DNA of 33,764 nt, from positions 1-33,764 of IMG/VR virus record IMGVR_UViG_3300032319_000440, one strand, 5' to 3'. The position numbers and the translations under genes are program-made. Source of the DNA: a virus. Its lineage: Duplodnaviria > Caudoviricetes. The notes beneath the pieces were generated by a model, which made no database searches, was not told the DNA's origin, and saw nothing but the letters and a program-made list of their open reading frames with translations. The first letter of the stretch is position 1, and each line of letters opens with the position of its first letter. Positions 28,205 to 33,764 of the stretch are shown piece after piece.

Positions 28205-29020
28205 ATGAAAAAAAAACTGAGAGAAGGGATTACAAGTGAGGGGACACCCGATTTAAAGTATTATGCGTTCGATTGGGATGACAATATTGTCACAATGCCG
28301 ACAAAAATAATACTTAAAAATGAGGAGGGTGATGAGATTGGGATGTCTACTGAAGATTTTGCTAAATACAGAAGTAGATTAGGAAAAGAAAATTTTAATT
28401 ATAAAGGAGACGTTATTGTTGGTTATGGTGAAAATCCGTTTAGGAATTTCAGAACTGAAGGTGATAAATTGTTTATAATTGATTCCATGTTAGCAAAACC
28501 AGGTCCAGCTTGGGTCGATTTTATGGAAGCAATTAATAACGGGTCTATATTTTCAATAATTACTGCGAGGGGTCATAACCCAAATACAATTAAAGAAGCG
28601 GTTTATAATTATATTATTTCAGGTTTCAACGGGTTGGATAAAACTGAGTTGATTAAAAACTTAAAAAAATATAGGGAGTTTACAGACCAAGATAACTTAA
28701 AAGATATTGAACTAATTAGAGATTATCTTAATTTATGTAAATTTTATCCTGTTTCTTTTGGTGAGGGTGCCGAATCTAATCCTGAAGAAGCTAAAATAAA
28801 AGCTTTAGAAGAATTTGTTAATTATATTAAGGAATTATCACATGAATTAAATAAAAAGGCGTACTTAAAAAATAATGTGAAAAATTTCTTTTTACCTACT
28901 GTAGGATTTTCTGATGATGATATTAAAAATGTTGAAGCAATTAAATCGCATTTTACTAATAAAGAAGATAATATAGTTAAGACATATTCAACACAAGGAG
29001 GAATTAAAAAAGAATATTAA
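28205..29020 (+). CDS. HAD-superfamily phosphatase-like protein
   Basis: FDWDDNI (motif I), ITARG (II), K (III), FSDDD (IV). ATG 28205 preferred over TTG 28196. Confidence 0.7.
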   Translation: MKKKLREGITSEGTPDLKYYAFDWDDNIVTMPTKIILKNEEGDEIGMSTEDFAKYRSRLGKENFNYKGDVIVGYGENPFRNFRTEGDKLFIIDSMLAKPGPAWVDFMEAINNGSIFSIITARGHNPNTIKEAVYNYIISGFNGLDKTELIKNLKKYREFTDQDNLKDIELIRDYLNLCKFYPVSFGEGAESNPEEAKIKALEEFVNYIKELSHELNKKAYLKNNVKNFFLPTVGFSDDDIKNVEAIKSHFTNKEDNIVKTYSTQGGIKKEY

Positions 29021-29100
29021 TTAATAACTGGATACTGGATTCTAGATAAGAATAAAAAATAAAAAAAACAAAGTAAATACAAATATTTTTCAAAACGAAG

Positions 29101-29108
29101 TATTTATA
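29101..29108 (+). promoter_or_regulatory. TATTTATA motif
   Basis: 35 nt upstream of the tail-tube ATG, the same spacing as for the sheath gene. Confidence 0.55.
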
Positions 29109-29143
29109 ATAAAATAAAACAAAAAAATTAAAATTGTAATATT

Positions 29144-29632
29144 ATGGCTGATTTACTCATGAAGATGCCGGTTCCATACGAACCAAAACGGCAGAATAGG
29201 TTTATCTTAAGATTTCCATCTAATTTGGGAATTAATGAATGGTTTGTCGAATCTGCGGCTAGACCACACATCAAAATTAACTCTACTGAAATTCAGTTCT
29301 TAAATACATCTACTTACGTAGCAGGTAGATTCACTTGGGACCCAATTACAGTTAAGTTTAGAGACCCAATTGGACCTTCAGCGTCTCAAGCTCTTATGGA
29401 ATGGGTTCGTTTATGTGCTGAATCAGTAACAGGACGTATGGGTTACGCAGCGGGTTATAAGAAAAATGTTGATTTGGACATGTTAGACCCAACAGGTGTT
29501 GTGGTTGAAAAATGGATTCTTCAAGATACATTCTTAACCGATGTTAACTTTGATTCTTTGAGTTATTCTCAAGATGCATTAGCGACAATTACAGCGTCAC
29601 TTAGAATGGATAGATGTATTTTAGTTTACTAA
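29144..29632 (+). CDS. Tail tube protein (T4 gp19-like)
   Basis: EPKR.NRF, AGR..W..ITV.F, W, GY...YKK, LDP.G..VEKW; 162 aa; position after sheath. Confidence 0.88.
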   Translation: MADLLMKMPVPYEPKRQNRFILRFPSNLGINEWFVESAARPHIKINSTEIQFLNTSTYVAGRFTWDPITVKFRDPIGPSASQALMEWVRLCAESVTGRMGYAAGYKKNVDLDMLDPTGVVVEKWILQDTFLTDVNFDSLSYSQDALATITASLRMDRCILVY

Positions 29633-29676
29633 AATATATTCATATATTCTATTGATAAAAAAAATATAATCCCTAT

Positions 29677-29721
29677 ATTTAACCGTAGAGACAATAAACT
29701 CTTTACGGTTAAATTTTTTTT
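29677..29721 (+). terminator. Hairpin plus T-tract between tube and chaperone genes (terminator or translational control)
   Basis: ATTTAACCGTAGAG...CTC(TT)TACGGTTAAAT stem with a 2-nt bulge, followed by a T run ending 2 nt before ATG 29724. Confidence 0.6.
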
Positions 29722-29723
29722 AT

Positions 29724-30479
29724 ATGGATGCAACACAACAATATGCTCAACAGAATTTCTCATTACCACACGATGTCGTAAAATTACCATCAGGTGGAGT
29801 ATTTTATAAATCAAAGAAAAAGGTTATCAAAGTAGGGTATCTTACCGCTGCGGATGAAAATCTATTGATGGCTGGAGGTACTATTGGAAATGATAGTATT
29901 ATTATGACATTACTTCGTAGTAAAATATACGAATCTGATATTAAACCAGAAGAGTTATTACAAAGTGATATTCAAGCAATTTTAATCTTCTTAAGAAATA
30001 CTGCTTTCGGAACTGACTATGAATTTTCAATTGAAGACCCCGAAACAGGTAAATTATTTAACTCAATTATATCTTTAGAGGAATTATTCCTTAAACAAAC
30101 GGATGTTAAACCAAGTGAAGACGGTACTTTATTAGCGACGTTACCTAAATCAGGTATTTCGGTTAAAGTAAAACCTTTATCTTTTGGTGAATTAAATGAG
30201 TTGGATAAAATGGCGGAATCTTATCCACAAGGAAGAGTTGTTCCAAAACAAACTTGGAAATTACAAAGAATGATTGTTGAGATGGATGGTAACTCAGACA
30301 AATCATATATTGTTCAAAACATTGAAACATTACCTATTTCAGATGCAAAATTTATTAGAAAATTTGTTGATGACAATGAGCCAGGATTAGACCTAAACAA
30401 AAAAATTATAGCCCCATCAGGAAAAGAGATATCTGTCAACATATCTTTTGGGGCGGAGTTCTTTCGGCCTTTCTTCTAA
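29724..30479 (+). CDS. Tail assembly chaperone / baseplate hub assembly protein (T4 gp26-like)
   Basis: LPSGG.FY, LTAADE, D..AILIFLR...FG..Y, second LPKSG repeat, FFRP end; lies between tube and tape measure. Confidence 0.75.
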   Translation: MDATQQYAQQNFSLPHDVVKLPSGGVFYKSKKKVIKVGYLTAADENLLMAGGTIGNDSIIMTLLRSKIYESDIKPEELLQSDIQAILIFLRNTAFGTDYEFSIEDPETGKLFNSIISLEELFLKQTDVKPSEDGTLLATLPKSGISVKVKPLSFGELNELDKMAESYPQGRVVPKQTWKLQRMIVEMDGNSDKSYIVQNIETLPISDAKFIRKFVDDNEPGLDLNKKIIAPSGKEISVNISFGAEFFRPFF

Positions 30480-30627
30480 TTACCGAGAATCACAATCTAG
30501 AGAATACTATATCTGCACTAAACACTTAAACGTGTCTTATGCAGATTTTTGTGTTATGCCTATCTTTCTACGAAAATTCATTATTAATGAATTAGTTACG
30601 GAAAACTCTCCACCACAAAATAAATAA
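30463..30627 (+). CDS. +1-frame extension of the chaperone (gpT / T4 gp51 C-terminal-like), probably reached by frameshift; not in ORF track
   Basis: FGLSSNYRESQSREYYICTKHLNVSYADFCVMPIFLRKFIINELVTENSPPQNK*; overlaps the chaperone stop; S..D...MP...R pattern; first ATG is far inside (30556). Confidence 0.65.
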   Translation, partial: FGLSSNYRESQSREYYICTKHLNVSYADFCVMPIFLRKFIINELVTENSPPQNK

Positions 30628-30632
30628 CTAAA

Positions 30633-30640
30633 TATTTATG
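30633..30640 (+). promoter_or_regulatory. TATTTATG motif
   Basis: 16 nt upstream of ATG 30657. Confidence 0.45.
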
Positions 30641-30656
30641 TTAAATGTAATTCATT

Positions 30657-33600
30657 ATGCTTCAAACAAAAAAAACTGAAACTACTTCATCAGAAGTAAA
30701 ACAAGCTCTGCCAATATTTGGTGACTTTGATTTAAGTGCAGTTGCTGATGGGTTAAATCCTGTGAATGCAGCGTTAAGGATTCTTAACAGTAATGTTAAT
30801 GTACTTCATAAATCGTTTCGAGACACGTTAGTCGATTCTATTAATAAAATGGAAACTGCGGTTACCAGTTTAGCAATGAAGTTTGGCGGTAATAGGGAAA
30901 TGGTTGGTGAAATTGAAAAAAGTCTTAGTTTAGCGAGAAGTAGTGTTGTATCATTAGGTGGTTCATTAGATGATGTTGTAACTATTCAGGCGGGGGTAAT
31001 TAAAGGATTACAAACTCAAACAATTTTAGATAAAGAATCTTATGGTGACTTATATGCCATTGGTAATTTAATTAATGACGGTGCCAAAACCACCGCAGAA
31101 TCAACTGCAAATTTAGTAAAACAATTTTCAGATGCCGGATATGGTTTATATAATATTAGCAAAGAGATGGGTACTATTATTTCTAATGCTAGAGAAATTG
31201 GTGTTGCAACATCTGCGGTTTATAAACAACTTAGTGATAATATTGGGGTTGTTTCTTTATATAACTTTGAAAATGGAGTGCAAGGTATGGCCAAAATGGC
31301 GACTGAAGCTGCGGGATTAAGGCTTAATATGTCTGATGTATTAAAAGTTGCCGAAAAAGTTTTTAATCCTGAAGACGCAATACAAATGGCTGCAGACATG
31401 CAAAGGTTGGGTGTTAATGTGACCAATTTATTAGACCCATATAAGTTAATGGATATGGGTAGAAATCATCCTGAAGAGTTACAAAAATCGATGGGAGAGA
31501 TGCTTTCGTCTTTAACATATTTTGATGAAAAACAACAAGCTATAAGAATATTACCAAATGAACAGGGTAGACTAAGAAAAATTGCTGAGTCAATGGGAAT
31601 GGGTGCAGCAGAAGCAGCTAAAATGGCTATTAATTTTGCCGACATGGATAGAAAGATGAGTACGATTAAATTCTCATCCGATTTTGCAACTGAAGAAGAT
31701 AAGCAATTAGTTGCACATATGGCTCAAATTGGGGAAAAAGGTACTCAATTTGAAGGTAAATATGTTGTTAATTTATTGGATGAATCTGGCGAACCGATGT
31801 TAAAGGCGGTTGATGAGTTGACTAAAAATGATAAGGAGAGACTCAAAAAAATGGAGGGAGATAAAAATAAGAGTCCTACTGAATTACAAATTGAAGCAAA
31901 TAATTATCTTTCTAATATTAACAATAGTTTAAAGGCTCGTGAAGGAGTAATACCAACCGCAATGGCGGCGTCAACCTCATTTCAAACAATACAAAAAAAA
32001 ATATACGAAAAAGTTGACCCTTTTATAAAAGGTGCGGGTGCTGCCTATGGTATAGTAGAAAATAAAAAAGGTTATATTAATGTAAAACCAGCCGTTAGTA
32101 AAGCTGAAGAAGTTGCTGAACAAACTCTTGGTGGATTTGTTGATGCATTACGAAAAGGAGAAACCGATATACCAACAATATTAAATAAATTAAAAGGGTC
32201 ATTTAATGGATTAGTTACTGATTTTGGAAATGCATCTAAAAATATTGTAGGGTTCTCTAACAAAATATCTGAAGAAGGTGTAAAGAGTGGTAAATATTCT
32301 AAAACAACCAATTATGATGATTTATTGAATGGTATATCTAATATGCTTAAAGACAAGTTTGGTTTTACTATGTCAAATTCAAATACAACACCAACTACCA
32401 CAATAGCGACTAACCCAAATTACAACCAAACAACTAACCCAAATTACACCCAAACAACTAACCCAAATTATCCTACAACACAATCATCACAATCAACAAT
32501 ATCAATACCTCCGGCAAATAATAATCTTCCGGTTACTAATGCTAATTATCCGTATACAATACCACAAACTACACAATCCACACAATCCACACCTCAAATA
32601 ACAATACCGGCATCAAGTAATGTAGCACAGACTAATGCTAACTATCAAATATCGTTACAACCTACACAAGCGAATGCTCAAACACAATCAACAATAACAA
32701 TACCTCCGGCAAATAATAATCTTCCTGTAACCAACGCTAATTACCCATTAACCACACAACAAACTACAAATATACCACCATTAATACAAAGAATTACAAA
32801 TCCACAAACAAATAATGTTGGAGTCGCACCAACCACAACTAATAATTCTTTATCGACACAACAACAATCACTTACCAATTTATCTAAACTTTTTAAAGAA
32901 ATTGATGATAATATTAATAATCTTTCTACTTCTAAGATTCAACAAAGTTCAGTACCATCCACAAATATAGATTGGGTTAGTGTTATAAGTACGGGTAGTG
33001 CTTTAGGATTTGGTAATGCATTATCTAAATTTGAGAATCCTGGAACAATAAAAATGACACTATATGGTGATAAGGCGGGATTAGGGTTACAGATAAGTAA
33101 TAGTGTTGGTAAAATGGAGAGTACAATAGGTACTGCGATTACCGATGCTCAAAAATCAAGTACAAATGTAGTAATTAAAAAAGATGAAAAACCTGTAGAT
33201 AAAAATACAATATCAGTACCCACAACCGCACCAACGACTTCAAAAATTGATGTAAAAACACCTGAAAATAAAACAATTACTAATAATGTTATAAGTGTAA
33301 CTCCACCATCACCAAAAACAACAGAACAGGAACCACCAATTATTAAATTTACAGTACCAAAATATAATGAAGAAGATGAGCCATCATTAATGTCTGACAT
33401 TAAAAAAGAAGAAACTAAGAACAATGAGGTAAAAGATTTTAGAGCACCAATGGTATTACCCGAGGAGATTAAGAAAGAAACTAATATTTTTTCATTACCA
33501 CAAACTATAGAAAAACCTTACGATGTAAATACACCTTTAAGACCGAAAGAAGAAACAATTGAAAATAAAGGGGTAAAAATTGAATCACCAAAAACAGTTG

Positions 33601-33764
33601 AGGTTGTTAAAAAAGATAAAATAGAGATTGTAAATACTAAATTAACAGAAACAGTTAAACCACCAATTCCTTATACAACTCCTGACGAATTAAAAGGTGG
33701 GGTTGAGAAACCTTTAATAGGGTTTAAAAAAATTGAAACCCCTTACGATGTAAACATACCTTTA
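30657..33764 (+). CDS. Tape measure-like protein, 3'-truncated by window edge (>1036 aa; not in ORF track)
   Basis: MLQTKKTETTSSEVKQALP... reads in the same frame at the start, middle and end (...IETPYDVNIPL); A/G/M-rich helical N-half; position after tube and chaperone. Confidence 0.8.
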   Translation, partial: MLQTKKTETTSSEVKQALPIFGDFDLSAVADGLNPVNAALRILNSNVNVLHKSFRDTLVDSINKMETAVTSLAMKFGGNREMVGEIEKSLSLARSSVVSLGGSLDDVVTIQAGVIKGLQTQTILDKESYGDLYAIGNLINDGAKTTAESTANLVKQFSDAGYGLYNISKEMGTIISNAREIGVATSAVYKQLSDNIGVVSLYNFENGVQGMAKMATEAAGLRLNMSDVLKVAEKVFNPEDAIQMAADMQRLGVNVTNLLDPYKLMDMGRNHPEELQKSMGEMLSSLTYFDEKQQAIRILPNEQGRLRKIAESMGMGAAEAAKMAINFADMDRKMSTIKFSSDFATEEDKQLVAHMAQIGEKGTQFEGKYVVNLLDESGEPMLKAVDELTKNDKERLKKMEGDKNKSPTELQIEANNYLSNINNSLKAREGVIPTAMAASTSFQTIQKKIYEKVDPFIKGAGAAYGIVENKKGYINVKPAVSKAEEVAEQTLGGFVDALRKGETDIPTILNKLKGSFNGLVTDFGNASKNIVGFSNKISEEGVKSGKYSKTTNYDDLLNGISNMLKDKFGFTMSNSNTTPTTTIATNPNYNQTTNPNYTQTTNPNYPTTQSSQSTISIPPANNNLPVTNANYPYTIPQTTQSTQSTPQITIPASSNVAQTNANYQISLQPTQANAQTQSTITIPPANNNLPVTNANYPLTTQQTTNIPPLIQRITNPQTNNVGVAPTTTNNSLSTQQQSLTNLSKLFKEIDDNINNLSTSKIQQSSVPSTNIDWVSVISTGSALGFGNALSKFENPGTIKMTLYGDKAGLGLQISNSVGKMESTIGTAITDAQKSSTNVVIKKDEKPVDKNTISVPTTAPTTSKIDVKTPENKTITNNVISVTPPSPKTTEQEPPIIKFTVPKYNEEDEPSLMSDIKKEETKNNEVKDFRAPMVLPEEIKKETNIFSLPQTIEKPYDVNTPLRPKEETIENKGVKIESPKTVEVVKKDKIEIVNTKLTETVKPPIPYTTPDELKGGVEKPLIGFKKIETPYDVNIPL
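32409..32747 (+). repeat. Coding repeats inside the tape measure gene
   Basis: 24-bp units (TNPNY-x-QT) at 32409, 32433, 32457; QSTI(S/T)IPPANNNLPVTNANYP copies at 32490 and 32685 with a diverged copy between. Confidence 0.85.

Noticed and set aside
3145-29814. Other short nested or antisense ORFs in the track
   Set aside because: They overlap well-supported longer genes or regulatory gaps and show no recognisable motifs.
31132-33424. Short track ORFs (31132, 31220, 32072, 33149)
   Set aside because: All lie within the long tape-measure frame, which the track missed because it has no stop in the window.
1-33764. Stop-codon reassignment
   Set aside because: Long genes are intact in the standard code; TAA, TGA (ATGA overlaps) and TAG all appear as real ends.
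1-33764. tRNA, rRNA, integrase, transposase, reverse transcriptase/DGR
   Set aside because: No such motifs recognised by eye; intergenic gaps are short and AT-rich.

Overview
AT-rich segment of a large contractile-tailed (myovirus-like, T4-style structural module) dsDNA bacteriophage, probably infecting a Bacteroidota host (no Shine-Dalgarno motifs, A-rich leaders, a secreted protein with an SprB-like repeat). 1-5.5 kb holds accessory or virion-surface genes: a 2OG-Fe(II) oxygenase, two small paralogs, a Thr/Pro mucin-like + PKD + LRR protein and a signal-peptide beta-helix protein. 5.5-14.1 kb is a glycosylation cluster: a GT60/Gnt1-like GlcNAc transferase, a GDPD-like protein, a HAD-nucleotidyltransferase fusion, about five further glycosyltransferase-like genes and two methyltransferase-like remnants. 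Next come a family B DNA polymerase and a minus-strand block (neck protein, SOD fused to a nuclease-like domain, SNF2 helicase). The tail module follows: head closure, tail terminator, an unlisted RHH regulator, sheath, HAD phosphatase, tube, chaperone/hub protein with a likely +1 frameshift extension, and a tape measure running off the end. A TATTTAT(A/C) motif precedes many genes on both strands. The best candidates for new biology are (i) a self-contained oxygenase plus O-glycosylation pathway with mucin-like acceptor tracts in virion proteins and (ii) a UUU_CGG +1 programmed frameshift in the tail chaperone. All family calls are from motif recognition by eye; no searches were run.
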